Assembly: GCA_021432655.1 (NCBI GenBank)
Contig: MU271287.1
Location: forward strand, 55,631 to 106,414
Source of the DNA: Atractiella rhizophila
Taxonomy: Eukaryota
Reading direction: 5' to 3'
Length of the DNA: 50,784 nt
This document shows positions 1 through 12,044 of the stretch, piece after piece. The position numbers and the translations under genes were made by a program. Under the pieces are notes generated by a model, which did no database searches, had not been told where the DNA came from, and saw only the letters and a list, made by a program, of their open reading frames with translations. Each line of letters opens with the position of its first letter. The first letter of the stretch is position 1.

Positions 1-273
1 CTTGCCCCCTTTTCCACTCTTGCCGTCCACGGACTGACAAACAAAGGTATGATGAGTGTTGTAATGGTCGTCCAACTGGGCAGGAGTCTTGAACGTGATT
101 GGAGCTGCAGAACACAGTGGTGGAAGCGTGCATGTCAACCCTGCAGCGACATCGACGGTGTCATCTTCATCGCGGGTGGCATCTGGTGACGGAGGCACGC
201 GTGCTGATGAGGGAGAGGCAGAGGAGGCGCTTGGAGAGGGGGAGAGCGACCGTCGACGCTTTAGATTGGACAT
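1..273 (-). CDS. 5' part of a C2H2 zinc-finger protein (ZNF511-like), runs off window edge
   Basis: Not in the ORF track. Manual translation from the ATG at 273 is open to base 1: MSNLKRRRSLSPSPS...LTCTLPPLCSAAPITFKTPAQLDDHYNTHHTFVC. The C-x5-C...HY..HH..C pattern resembles fungal ZNF511-like proteins. Confidence 0.7.
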   Translation of the reverse strand, partial: MSNLKRRRSLSPSPSASSASPSSARVPPSPDATRDEDDTVDVAAGLTCTLPPLCSAAPITFKTPAQLDDHYNTHHTFVCQSVDGKSGKGGK

Positions 274-909
274 TTTGGCATTTCGTCGTTTGTATCGGAA
301 CCGATGATCAATTTCCGTCACGCGTTTGTTTCCCTCTTGCACTTGTTGACGGGTGTAATACGAGCTCAAACAAGCTCGAGGTACACGTTCTCCACTGTGT
401 TATGCAGATAGTGATCAGGGGGACGACGGGTGGGAGTGCGATATGGATTACTCCAGAAGACGAAAATCTCTAGTTCGTGCTTTTCTGCTGGACAGGTCGG
501 GACGACAGCTGGTGTTGTTTAATTCACCTATCGTGTGGATTGGAATAGAAAGAAGCGCAGCAACCACTTGGCACCCCATGTGTCGTCTCACATAATGTTG
601 ATCTGTCCTATTTCTAGATTGAGGTGGGAAACGCAAAAGATGTCGTTCATCAGAATTGCGCGCGGTCCCATCCTTCAACCAGTATTTGCCGATGTGTAGA
701 TACGAGTGCGACAGGCTCCACAATGAGTCTTGAAGAGCCGGAAAACTTTTGTGATTTTCACCATGCTTTCTGTGGCTTCCCCTGAGCAATACCATTTAAT
801 TAAACCAGCTTCTAGGCACTTTCAATACTACCCTTGCTTTGCTCTGCAAAACGTCCCCCAAGACATCTCACTGTTATCTGCCGAGACATTAGATATTCAG
901 CAAACCACA

Positions 910-2634
910 ATGCTTCTGGCCCTCATCTCTGGTTCCACAGGCGAGAGTGATCCTCAGATCGTTTTTAAATTCACAAGACCGGCTCGCAAAGTGTGGAATT
1001 CGAAGCAATGCTCATTCAGCGTGCATGATTGCGTATCCGACGCACACGCACTGTCCTCCATTCCACAAGACGAGTCTCTCTTCCCCGTCACTTTGGTGTT
1101 TGATCCGGATTCTCAAGAAAATTTTACGTTACTACTGTCTGTAGATCCTGAGTCGGGGGTCATCACGAGCAGCTCAAGGACAGCAGAGTCGCTTTCATCG
1201 TGTAATTGTCCTCGAATCATCGACACCGTTATCTCGGTATTCATACAACTAGCATGGGTGGATGACCCCTTCAGGGAACTTCCATACGAGCTTATGGACA
1301 TGATATTTACAGCTATGATAGATGCTGACGATGTCCATATTGAACGACGGAGAAAGTCTCACCTTCCTCGTTATCTGCAGCAGCTCCGACTCGTCAATCG
1401 ACAGTTTGCGAAAACAGCTTTTCCCACACTCTGTCGCGTCCTGGGGACCTTTACGAGCCCGCCAGTCATCTTCGGCTCTCACCGGGCAAGCCACTTGTCT
1501 AATTCTCCGTTGGCTCTATTCAAGCGGTATCCAGAAGCTACTTCATCTTGGATGCGGCAACTGGTAATTAGAGATTCCGCCACGGAGAGTGTGAACACGA
1601 CTTGGATTTTGCTCATCGATGTTTTTAAACGCTGTCGAAACTTGAACTGGATAGTTTTATTCGTGAAACCGACGGCCGATCAGAACGTCCGGAAAGCTGT
1701 TCTCTCCCATTTATTGTCCCTTCAGCGCCTTACAACTCTGCAGATCACGAACTGCACCGAACACGGTGATTGCCGTTGGGGAACGAAAGATCTCTCCTTC
1801 CTCTTGTCGCAGACTTTGCTCATCAGTAGACTTGCGATTTCCGGTTGGGACCTTCGAGAAGACGATGACTTTCAGACGGCTCAAAAGCCAGCAAGGCTGG
1901 AACTCCTCGACATCAAATCCTGTCCTGTACATTTGAAAACACTCCGTGCTTTTCTCCCGCTCTTGTTGCCGTCTGTGACTATTGAAGAGGGGACGTTGCC
2001 AACTTTTACTTTTCTATATGAAGGGTTTTGGCCGGGTCTCGTGACTCCTGAAGACGTTCTACGACTTGTGAATGGCTCTGGTGCCCTGTTCTATGAAGTT
2101 GGTTGCCAGCTTCGACCGTTTTCCAAAACCCAAACAGAACCTCTACTGAGGCAATTGAAACCTCTGGATGAGCATTTTTATTCTTTGAAAAGTAAGCCGA
2201 CTTCTTTGGACCTTGCTTCTTATTGAGTGAGCGTTTTAGACGTTCAAGTCATCTTACTTGACGGCGGAGACGAAGGTTCCAACCTCATATCACCACAATT
2301 TCTTCTCGGGATATCGAAAATGCCAGCTCTTATCGAGGTCATCCTCAACTGGTGTTTCATTCAAGCGGACACAATCCCATCATTTCTCGCAGCTCAGGAA
2401 GAGTACGCTGAGGCAAAACCACAAGCAATCTCTCTTATCATTACTCCTCTGATCGGTGACTTCCCCTGGACGATCAGCGAATTTAATGAAAAACTCTGTC
2501 TGATTCGGAACGACGAAATGGAATCTAGCTTTGAGGAAACGGAAGTTGGAATACATCACTACAGAGGACGCTATTTCGAGATATTTTGGAATGAAGGCGG
2601 TACTGAAAGTGTCACAGCAGCGATGAGATGGTAG
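910..2634 (+). CDS. F-box-like/LRR(RNI)-like protein, LDGG family member 1 (2 exons)
   Basis: ORFs 730-2226 and 2227-2634 join through a 48-nt GTAAGC...TTTTAG intron (2192-2239), giving YSLK-NVQVILLDGGDEGSNLIS. F-box-like PFRELPYELMDMIF...LRLVNRQF, followed by LxxLxL repeats. The start at ATG 910 is a best guess. Confidence 0.7.
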
Positions 2635-2732
2635 GGAAAGGAATAACAGAGGGACACATCACATCATCACATCTAATGCAATATCCGCGCATGAGCTAAT
2701 GTACAGTCTGCAACTCATGAACGCAATGCAAG

Positions 2733-5424
2733 TTACAACCGAACCTTCCCAGCCTTGACCTGCTCCCACTCTTCCTTCCCAAAAGGCACATATCTACCAT
2801 TTCTAAGCCAAAGGATCTGATCTTTCACCTTGGACAAATCTATTCCCTCATTCCTCAAATGCACTTTCTGGTGCTTCATGGTCCCCGTCGTTTGCATCCT
2901 TCATCCCCACAGCATCTCAGCCCCTAGTCACTGGCAGAGCTTGGGAGATACTTACTCTGCTACTAAACGGAGGAAGAGAGGTCTAGCGTATCCTGGTAGT
3001 TCTTTCGTGACATGCGAAGCGAGCTTGTCAAAATCAAATCCAGGGCGGGCGACGATGGCTGCACATCCAGCACGTCCATCATGAGAGGGAACTTCGACGC
3101 CATATACGTTCCTAACATGTGAGTGTCATTTATGAGGGAAATAGTTAGGGGAAGATCGGGGAACAACGCACACATCCGTCACTTCGTTCAAAGCAGAAAC
3201 TGTTGTAGCGACTTCATTCGTCGAAACATTTTCGCTCTTCCATCTGAACGTGTCCTACCCACGTCCATTCACAATCAGCCATTGCTTGAAAAGGGAAAGA
3301 TGAAAGGACAGCGAAGACAGGAGTAACGTACACCCATCCGATCAACGAAAAACACCTGTCCGTCCTCATTGACCCTCATCAAATCCCCGCTCCTAAACCA
3401 CGCATCGCCCTTCTCAAACACATCAGTCGCGATCTTCTTGTTTGTCGCCTCATCGTTGCCGTAATAACCACGGAAGTTCTTGGAGAAGTCTTCCTTGTTG
3501 ATCCGTCCGAGGACCTCGCCAGGTTCGTTCGGTTCCACCTTTTCAAATATATCAGTCCGTCAGGCAAGGTGATCAGTGGATGGGAGGGAATGAAGGCGCA
3601 CCCGAATGCAGAGTCCTTGAGAATCTCGCACTGGTTCCTCAGTGAGCGCGTCCACTTTAATGATGGCTATGTCGTTCTTGGTCAGGGCACTATCGGTACC
3701 AGGTCAGCCTGTAGGAACGTATGCTAAAGAGGTAGGACGAACTGCAGCAGAGCCCCATATCTCGTCAAAGCACCGGCGCCATATGGACCGGTATTGTAGT
3801 TGAACATGGCGACGATACCTTCATGATATGGCCAATGAGCACAAGTAATTTCAAAGAAAGGAAAGATAAGAACGGCTACCTTCACTCGCTCCATAAAATT
3901 CCGAAATCGTCTTAATCCCAAACCTCTCCCTGAACCTCTGCCACACCTCCGGTCTCAATCCATTTCCAAACGCGAGCCTAAACGTCACTCCTTAACACCT
4001 GTACTCAACAGGACCGAAACACAATCATACCTGACACGATGTTCCTTGTCCTCCTTCCTCTCCGGCTGGGACATCAAAAACCTGACCATCTCCCCAATAT
4101 ACTGTATGACGGTCGCCTCCTGCTTCCTCACCTCGTCCCAGAACCTGGTCGCCGAGAACTTGCGTCCGATGATCAGCGTCGTATTGCTCTGCCAGGACGC
4201 GCCCATGGCTGTCCAGGAGCCCGAGGAATGGTAGAGCGGAAGAGCGGTATAGAGACGATCGGAGGACTTGACGCCGTTCAGAGTTGGCCAGGCGTAGAAG
4301 GCGGATCCTACTCGTCCGTGAGTGCACGAGGCGGGTTTAGGTAAACCCGTCGTTCTTTCCCCCAGAAAGGAACATGAATCAATTGAAAGTGAGAGGATGG
4401 AGGGACGCACCCTGATGTGTAGATGAGACAACTCGGGTCTTGCCAAGTGATTCCATCCCTATTACCAACATGTCCCAGTCCCACACTCTCCGCCCTCTCT
4501 TCCTTCACCAACTCTCCTTCCCTAACTTCCACATCCGGATTCACCACTCCAGGAAGAGAAGCATTGAACTCGTCCCTCCACCTCAACTTCTTCAATCCTC
4601 CCAAACACGAAGAGTCCACAGTCCCGAGTTGCGGCTCCAACTCGACATCGTAGATTATGGCGGTGGCGCCGGAGACGCGGATGCAGTGTTCGAGGGCGTG
4701 GGAGGAGAGGGTGGTGTTGAGGAAGGCGGGGAGGACGTCGATCAACAAGCAGGCCAGCCAGATTATGGGCTGTCCATTTCATTCCATCCATCAAGTTCTT
4801 AGTTTGTCACTTGTGTAAGAGAAGGGAGAACGAACAAAGCCAGGCTTGTTGGTCATGAACATGCAGATTACGTCTGTAGTAAAAGTCAATCAAGGTCTTC
4901 TTTTGTAAGAAGTAGAAATGAGACGAACCCTTTCTCTTCAATCCGAGTGCTTTCAATCTCAACGCCAGCTGTACGCTCTCTACACGGCAAACAACATCAT
5001 TTCAGCCACTCCTCTTCCCAACATACAAAAGGAATACAAAGACATACCAAAATAGACCCTCTTCCATGTCCACGTTTTGCCCTCACAGATATAACACAGC
5101 TCCTCACCCTTCCCCTCCAGCTTCTCCAACGCCGTCTTCTCGAATTGATACCACAACGAGTTCCTGTCCGCCTTATCGTTCTTCGCCAGCTGTCTCCTTA
5201 CGTAGACGGTGGTGCGTAGCAGCCTGAAGTCGGCTTTCCAAGCAGAAACATCAGCCAACTCGATCGGACGTACCAATTACAGTAACAGGAGGTGGAACAG
5301 AAGGTAAGGAGAGAAACACACCTGCAATTCCATGCTTGGCATCAACGTAAGCTGCTCCAGCGAGCCCACCGACGACTTTCATCCACAATGGAGCGGCAGC
5401 AACTGCGACAGAGAGAGCAGCCAT
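2733..5424 (-). CDS. FAT1: Fatty-acid transport protein / very-long-chain acyl-CoA synthetase (FATP/Fat1 family), multi-exon
   Basis: AMP-binding motif [15 protein letters not shown] split by an intron, [12 protein letters not shown], and the FATP signature [23 protein letters not shown]. Start [10 protein letters not shown] at 5424; C-terminus [13 protein letters not shown] with TAA at 2733-2735. Confidence 0.92.
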
Positions 5425-5976
5425 CTTTCTTCTCCGTATATTTCGCGCCTCTTCTAGTGTACCTGTATACTATAAGCTCTCAGGTGAGCTCTGGAAGGCG
5501 AGGATGGCAGGAGGACCAGAGAGTGTGGGGTAAATGCATGTCGCTCGCTCGCTCGTTGCTTTTATTGATCGAACGCGTCGGTTGTCCCGGCATTATGCTT
5601 ACCCAGCCAAGCCGGGGTGAGCTGCTCTGATGACACCCAGGGACATTCAGCTGGACAATAAAGCAATACATCTTCACTTGAACCCTCACAACCTCACAAC
5701 CGCGATAATGCTGGCCCGATTCGCTCCGATGTCGTCTGGAGGCGAGCGAGCGAGCACAGTTGCTATAGTTGCATTTAGCAGCTATGAGTGGACTAAGAAA
5801 CATAAAAGTCGGATAAAAGATATGATGGTGAATAAAGGGACATGAGGAGGAAGATTGGAGAGGATACTTGTTCATGAACTCGATATGATTACCGTCAGAG
5901 ACATTCTGCCTACTTTTGATTTCATCCCGCCAATCCCATTTTGTAACCCGTCACTTCATCCACCAGGTTTGAAAGT

Positions 5977-7269
5977 TTAACCAGGCGGCAAAAGGCTAGC
6001 ATCCACATCCCCACCCTCCTCAGGCGGCACCTCCCCACCCTCGACATCCTCCGCTCCCATCCACTCACTAACAATCCTCGCTCTGGGCATGACCATCGCT
6101 CCCGTCCTCGCAGCCTCGAGAATTCCATAAGGTCTGACGAGTTTCAAGAAGGCGTCGACCCTCGACGTCTTGCCCGTCATCTCGATCACGATGCTGTCGT
6201 GGGAGACGTCGACGATGCGGGCCTGGAAGAGGGAGGCGATCTCGGAGAGCGCGGAGAGGTGCGAGTGCTTCTGTCTCAGCGCTTCTGACGGTGTCAGGGT
6301 GGAGCGGGGCGGTGTGGACGGGGAGCGGTGAGAGGGTTGGTGGTGGTGGAGAGCCGGGTGGGAGTCTTCCAACGCTTCTTGTTGGCGTTCTACGACCTCG
6401 TTCGCTGGACTGTCGGGCTCGATCTTGTTGTTGGTTGTGTGCTCTGACGTTGGGAGCTTCCCGCCTTGTGCGTGTGAGGAGTGTTCGGATGAGGGAAGGG
6501 AAGGTGTGGCTTTGGAGGAGCGCGCGGAAGCGATCCGGGTCGCTAGTTGCTCTTCGAAGTATTCTGGACCCAGAATAGAGATTTTGGCGAGGAGCAGCTC
6601 GCGTTCTATCATCTTCGTCCTCGTATAATCCAACACCGCCCAAACCGGGACCTACGCACCACCAACACAAACCACAACCAAGAAGAAAAAGTCTCAGCGC
6701 AGCACAAACACGCAAATTGAAACGCAGTTGAAAAGCGAAAGAAAGGATGGAAAGACGCACCAAGTCTTCAAGTTGCCTCCGAGCCTGTTCAACCACCCCT
6801 TCCTGTCCTCGAAGGACGATACACATCCTACTCAAGTCCTTCACCTCCGTCGCACACACCACCAGCGAATCAATATTGAATCCCCTCGCCGCCAAAATGC
6901 CCGACACTCTGCTCAGTACTCCCGGCTCATTCTGAACTAACGCGTTGAGTACATGTCTCGTATACGGCTCCCTCGAAGGTGGAGGAGCTACGCATCTCCG
7001 TCAACACAACAATCCCATTGCTTTTGCTGTAACCATAAAGAAAGGAAGAGAAACGCACTGTTGTATAAGATATTCGTGACAGCCTCCTCAGCGCTCCATC
7101 GCGGCGGATCAATAACTTCTGGGAGACTGGGAGGCCTCGCGCGGGGATGGTGGAGCTTGTAGTCGAGGGCGGAAGTGGAGGATTTGTTGGAGACTGGCGC
7201 CGAGGTGGACAGCTTGTTTCCCGCTGAGGGGAGAGAGCGCAGGAGGGGGCGTAGGGAGGGAGGACGCAT
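5977..7269 (-). CDS. ILV6: Acetolactate synthase small (regulatory) subunit, multi-exon
   Basis: SGILAARGFNIDSLVVCATEVKDLSRMCIVLRGQEGVVEQARRQLEDL, IERELLLAKISILGPEY, PYGILEAARTG and C-terminal DASLLPPG*. The N-terminus resembles a mitochondrial presequence. Confidence 0.95.
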
Positions 7270-7357
7270 GGTCCTTGCTGCTCTGTTGGAAGGAGCACTT
7301 GCCTGATTGCCTGAGCTCTTGTGCTGTTATTCAAGAGTTGCTGAAAACGGGAAGGCG

Positions 7358-7364
7358 TGAGTCA
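7358..7364. promoter_or_regulatory. Gcn4/CPC-1 response element (TGAGTCA) upstream of ILV6
   Basis: Perfect TGA(C/G)TCA 89 bp upstream of the ILV6 ATG. Amino-acid biosynthetic genes are typical general-control targets. Confidence 0.55.
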
Positions 7365-8081
7365 CACTTTGCTCAGGAGGAGTCGATGAAGTTCCAGAGT
7401 ACTGGTTTGGAGTTCGACATCTTTAGTAGGATCAAGTAGGATGATATGGATGACAATGGTACATAGGCAACGTTGACAGGGTTGGCAAGTCATGAGGATA
7501 AGAAATTGGCTGCAGGCAGTGAGCAGATTTTACTCTTGCGACACGGGAAGTGACGCCCTCTTTGAACACTGTTTATACATGTTCAAGCTTGAAAGAGCAA
7601 GGAGGGAGGTTGCCTTGAATAATGGATGGATGATTTTTCAAGTTCACTTTTGGGGCTACCCAGGACCTGAGCAGACAGTGACGATGTTCTCCATTCCGAG
7701 TCGTCTTGCACAGTTTCAGAGTACTAAGAAGCGATCCCTCTCTTCCTCTTTGTGTGTTCCGCTGAAGTTTGTCAGAAATTCATTTGGATGGAGAAATGGG
7801 TACGGGCGTTACTTACTGCCAAACAAAACTTCCAGTCTCCCCATCGGTTGATCCGCTCTCAATACGAACCAAGTGTTTCATTGAATCTCCTTCTTTCTTG
7901 CCACCATAACGTCGGATGTCCCGATTAGGGGGGTATCCACCACTTATCCCTGTCTGCGTGAACCAAGCGCGCATTCAGTATTTTAGCCCTAGTTCCAACT
8001 CAGGCCCTCTGTAAGACTTTATCGATTATGCCCCTAATGGTCGCGAGCTAAAGAAAACACACAGGAAACTGGAAAAAACGT

Positions 8082-9447
8082 TCCCAAACCTCTCTAATTG
8101 GCAGACTGCCAAGCGAACTTTCTTGCCTCGCGTCTCTCGCATGGAGGATGAGGATCTGGATCAGAGTTCTTCGGCCAGTTTTGCATCTTCCGACGCATTT
8201 CTTTTGCATTCAGCCAAGTCGACCTCTCTCTGCGCTCAGATACTATAGAATACGTTTTCCTGACTCGTTGCTCTGAATATCAGTTACCTCAGGAATATGG
8301 CACTACAGCAACCCCCCGACGTGTGGAAGTCCGCCACAACGGTGAGCTCCACTCCACCATCCAGCAGCTCTATTCCAGAACTACTGAAAATTATCGCGAT
8401 GCCTCGAGACGACCTCACTCTAAATATTTACAATCTTCCTTGGAACGGTTTCCATCGAAAGGGTCTACTTGGTGACCCTTTTTTGGGTCGTCATTATTTG
8501 TATCGAAGGGGATCATTGAACCTTTTCTTTGGCAAACAGCGAGCTGAATTGAGTCTGGATGATATAATGCGTCGCTGTTGACACCGAACCCATATCACCA
8601 TATCGGTTGATTCCTCAGCCTACTCAGCGTCTCCAATCTACAGGAGAAAGAGAAGTAATACCACCTCGCTACGTAATGTCAAGTCTTGCTTTGCTAAAGT
8701 GTAGTCTTTGTGTTGGAGACCTCTATTACTTCGGAATACGAGCAGAGGATCCAGATTCATTCGTCGCATTGTAGAGACGCTGAGGTTCAGCTCATTTCAT
8801 CACATGCTTTCCGCCGATGGCTTTTGTCACTTTTTAAGCGGTTTTAAGTCGTCACATATTTGCTGCTCTTTCCAGCAGCTCTCGGCCAATCCTGACAACA
8901 GCGGTCTCGAACGACATCTCGACCAAGAACTCCTTGATGTTCTCTACAAAGGACCAGACGCCACTCTTTACCTTGATGGGGGAGTGGAAGATTCGAATCT
9001 TGTTTCTGATCGATTTCTGACTGTCAGAGCTGAATGGTATCACGTTTCAGAGATTGTTTTGCTTTGCTGTCATTTTCCAGCAAGCGCAATTTGCGCGCTC
9101 CTACACACCGTCGCTCCAAACTACGATGCAGGGCGTGTGATTCGCCGTGTGGTCATACAGCTAAAACCATTCTTCAGAGACTATAACTTTTCTACCTCCT
9201 AGTTCTCCGAAGTCCTTAGAGTAGCCCAAAATCATCACAGAGCTCTTCCGCCACAACATTCAAGGAGCGGTACGGGAAAAGCCTCAGGTATCAACTTCAG
9301 TATGACCCCACGAGATCAGGTACAGTTTACAACCTTTCCTGCCGCAATAGCTTCTTAGTTAACCTCTGGATCATTGACCAAGACGACGCACCAGGAAACG
9401 AGGATTCTCTCTTCTTTTGGAAGAGTTTCGAGAATAGCATCGGCTGA
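8082..9447 (+). pseudogene. Disrupted paralog of the F-box-like gene at 28823-30327 (LDGG family)
   Basis: Collinear peptides spread over several frames: QTSLIGRLPSEL, FCIFRRIS, LNISYLRNMA, IYNLPWNGF, TLRFSSFH, TLYLDGGVEDSNLVSDRFL, NFSTS*F (TAG at 9200-9202 where the paralog has W), LWIIDQDDAPGNEDSLFFW. Multiple frameshifts and stops. Confidence 0.85.
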
Positions 9448-10343
9448 GCTCTTGATTCTCGCTCCTCTGGGATCAAGCAGGGATACCCAATTCCTAAATA
9501 GAGTGGGCAGTTGGAGTCTTGCGAAATCGATACTCGTGGTTGCACCGACATCTTGTCAAGTTAGACCTAACTCCTCCGTAGGATAGATGGATGTGGATGT
9601 GTTTCAGAATTAGTCAATACCTCCTCAAGCTCGATCAGAACGGTTTGATGTCATGTCTTCGTATACATTTCATGTCAACCGGAAGGGCAGAGGCATATTG
9701 GGGATCATAGTATCATGGCTGACGTATACAAAGCACTGAGTACTGAGCGGAGAGCAAGGAGTATGTATGAGGGGCCTAGGTGCTAAGCAAAGAAGACTTA
9801 CCCGCGTCTAACGGTGGGGCGTCTCCCATTCTCCCTATTTCTTGCGTATGTTTAGTATTACTCTCTCACACGAATGAAATCCCGTATGAAACTTTTGAAG
9901 CGAATATAGATAAGTAATGAAAGGAAAGGAACTAATGCGAACAACGCCTCAGTTCCATTTCATGCATGACTCTTAGCTACAGAAAGGGTCCCACGCACTA
10001 ATTAGATAGAAGGCCAGCCTGTTGCATGAAAAGGTGGCTGATAGTACTAGACAGGACACGTTTCGGCGCGTCTTGTTTTATGAGCGATGGCCCTATCTTC
10101 TTGCGCATTGCTTGTTCTTGCTCACGGAGAAGTCTACTGAGTCCGTTCGGTACCTTAATATTAGTTCTTCCCACGCTTACTCCTTGAAAGGGTCTTTCGC
10201 CTGAGAGACGTTGTGGAAAGGGATTCGTCGCTGCGGAGCTTTGAATGACTTGGAAATACCTACAGCTACAGTGTGAGTTTGCTTGTACTTTTTATCGAAG
10301 AATTGATGAGACTTCCACTGGGTAGACGCATTGGTTGGTTCTG

Positions 10344-12044
10344 ATGGGGACCATTACAGCCCTCCCTTCTGAACTGCTGCTCCAAATCTTTGACATTCTC
10401 GCTGATCATTGGATCGACGAACGACGAGATTATACACGGGATTGCAATGCGCGAGCCATCTGGGTTACCACTCGCTCCAACTGTCAAGTCAAACCTTGCT
10501 CGCTGGTCTGCAAACAATGGAGCAAGCTCTCGCTTCCGTATGTCGATTGGCTACTCAGGCTTTCTGTGAAGAATATGGACGGGATTATTTCGTTCATACG
10601 CCAGTCAAAAACGCGCCGCTCTCACGTAAAGCATCTGTTTGTTAACTTTCCTGGAGAATCACAAGTACTCGACAAGAAAGCAAACTCGGCGGCTTTGTGG
10701 GGTGCTCTCCGTGAAGTTCTAGAGACTGTGGGTGACCAACTTCAAACGATGGATATCTTGTTGTGGGCTATGGAAGGTTCCAGACAATGTCCCCCTCCTG
10801 AAGCTCGTCTTCGATTGCCATCGAATATCAGTGATCTCTGGGTGCGAACGAGTTCCGCTATGACCAACCCTGTCCTTCAAGATTGGTTCACTGGGTTAGA
10901 AGAATGCAAGGCGTTGAGTTGTCTCGAACTACGAGATATTCACGCATCGCAGTCCTCCCCAGCTTTGTTTGCACTCCGCCATCTCGTCATCAGTGCCATT
11001 CTTCCTACCGAGTCAACTTTCTTTTCAGCATCAGCAACCACTCTCACGTCGCTTACAGCCTTCTGGTCGGACAGTTTCGGCAGCGAATCATTCTGGCCGA
11101 CATTCTTCCCACTCCTCCACCTCGTCAAAGGCAACCTTCGAGAACTAGACATGGACGGGAGTACTGGAGGCATCCTAGTGCGCTATGACAAGGAAGATCA
11201 ACTGGTCGCTCCGATCCTACCAAGTTTGACAACGCTCAAGCTAACCAGCGCTTTCTTGGGGAACCTAGTTGATTCTTTCCCGCACCTCCGTCTCTCATTA
11301 CGGTTGGTGCGATTGAAGCTAAAAAAGGTTCCAATAATGGTGGCCGCACAAGATGCCCAAGCTCAAGAGTTCCAATGTCACTTTCGGCATTTGCAGAGAT
11401 TGACCCTACGTAGTGAAACTAAAGAGCTGACAGTCAAGCTCATCCGACCTTTGTTCGACCCTATCTTGCATCCCCACATCCTCAGGCGACTGGACACGGA
11501 ATTGACCGCATTTGTGTCTGCAGCAGAGCTCAAGTCTTTTCTCCAGATCTCGCAACCTCGAATTCTTGACATTTTCCTTGAGAGTTCCTTCGAGACTTTG
11601 GACTTTCTCCTCACATCAGGTCACACAATTCCTGGAATCCAAGACATGCGCCTCTCAGGCAGCTTCTTTAAGCCCAATTCACGCTGGGGTGATTGTATTT
11701 TTCATTCTTCATCTTTCAGCAAAGGTTCGTGTGCCGCCAAAAGTCTCGAGTTCCGATTTCGTGTTGCTTCGAGTTGGCGGCACTACAGCTCTTATGTAAC
11801 TGACTATATCTATGTCGGCGACGGAGGATATACACCGTTGATTACATTTCTTTCCGCTGCAACTTGGACGGATCAGCTGGCAAACCTCAGGTTTCAACAT
11901 CTGTCCCATGGCGTTCCAACTATTGACTTAAACCGACAACAATGGTCCAACTATGAAAGCTTGATGGACCGACTTGGGAGAAGATTCGAGGTTACAGGAT
12001 TGGAGTTCTTCAAGGCGAGTGGGAGATATGATGATACTGAATGA
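10344..12044 (+). CDS. Intronless F-box/LRR-like protein
   Basis: N-terminal MGTITALPSELLLQIF...CSLVCKQW F-box, followed by LxxLxL repeats (LSCLELR, LRHLVIS, LRELDMD, LTTLKLT, LQRLTLR). Open frame of ~566 codons. Confidence 0.8.
   Translation: MGTITALPSELLLQIFDILADHWIDERRDYTRDCNARAIWVTTRSNCQVKPCSLVCKQWSKLSLPYVDWLLRLSVKNMDGIISFIRQSKTRRSHVKHLFVNFPGESQVLDKKANSAALWGALREVLETVGDQLQTMDILLWAMEGSRQCPPPEARLRLPSNISDLWVRTSSAMTNPVLQDWFTGLEECKALSCLELRDIHASQSSPALFALRHLVISAILPTESTFFSASATTLTSLTAFWSDSFGSESFWPTFFPLLHLVKGNLRELDMDGSTGGILVRYDKEDQLVAPILPSLTTLKLTSAFLGNLVDSFPHLRLSLRLVRLKLKKVPIMVAAQDAQAQEFQCHFRHLQRLTLRSETKELTVKLIRPLFDPILHPHILRRLDTELTAFVSAAELKSFLQISQPRILDIFLESSFETLDFLLTSGHTIPGIQDMRLSGSFFKPNSRWGDCIFHSSSFSKGSCAAKSLEFRFRVASSWRHYSSYVTDYIYVGDGGYTPLITFLSAATWTDQLANLRFQHLSHGVPTIDLNRQQWSNYESLMDRLGRRFEVTGLEFFKASGRYDDTE

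Noticed and set aside
2224..2229. Apparent stop-codon readthrough between abutting in-frame ORFs 730-2226 and 2227-2634
   Set aside because: The TGA lies inside a canonical 48-nt intron (2192-2239), whose position is conserved in the paralog at 50770.
6280..6540. Long His/Ser/Pro-rich insertion in Ilv6
   Set aside because: Fungal Ilv6 proteins commonly carry a variable low-complexity insert at this position.
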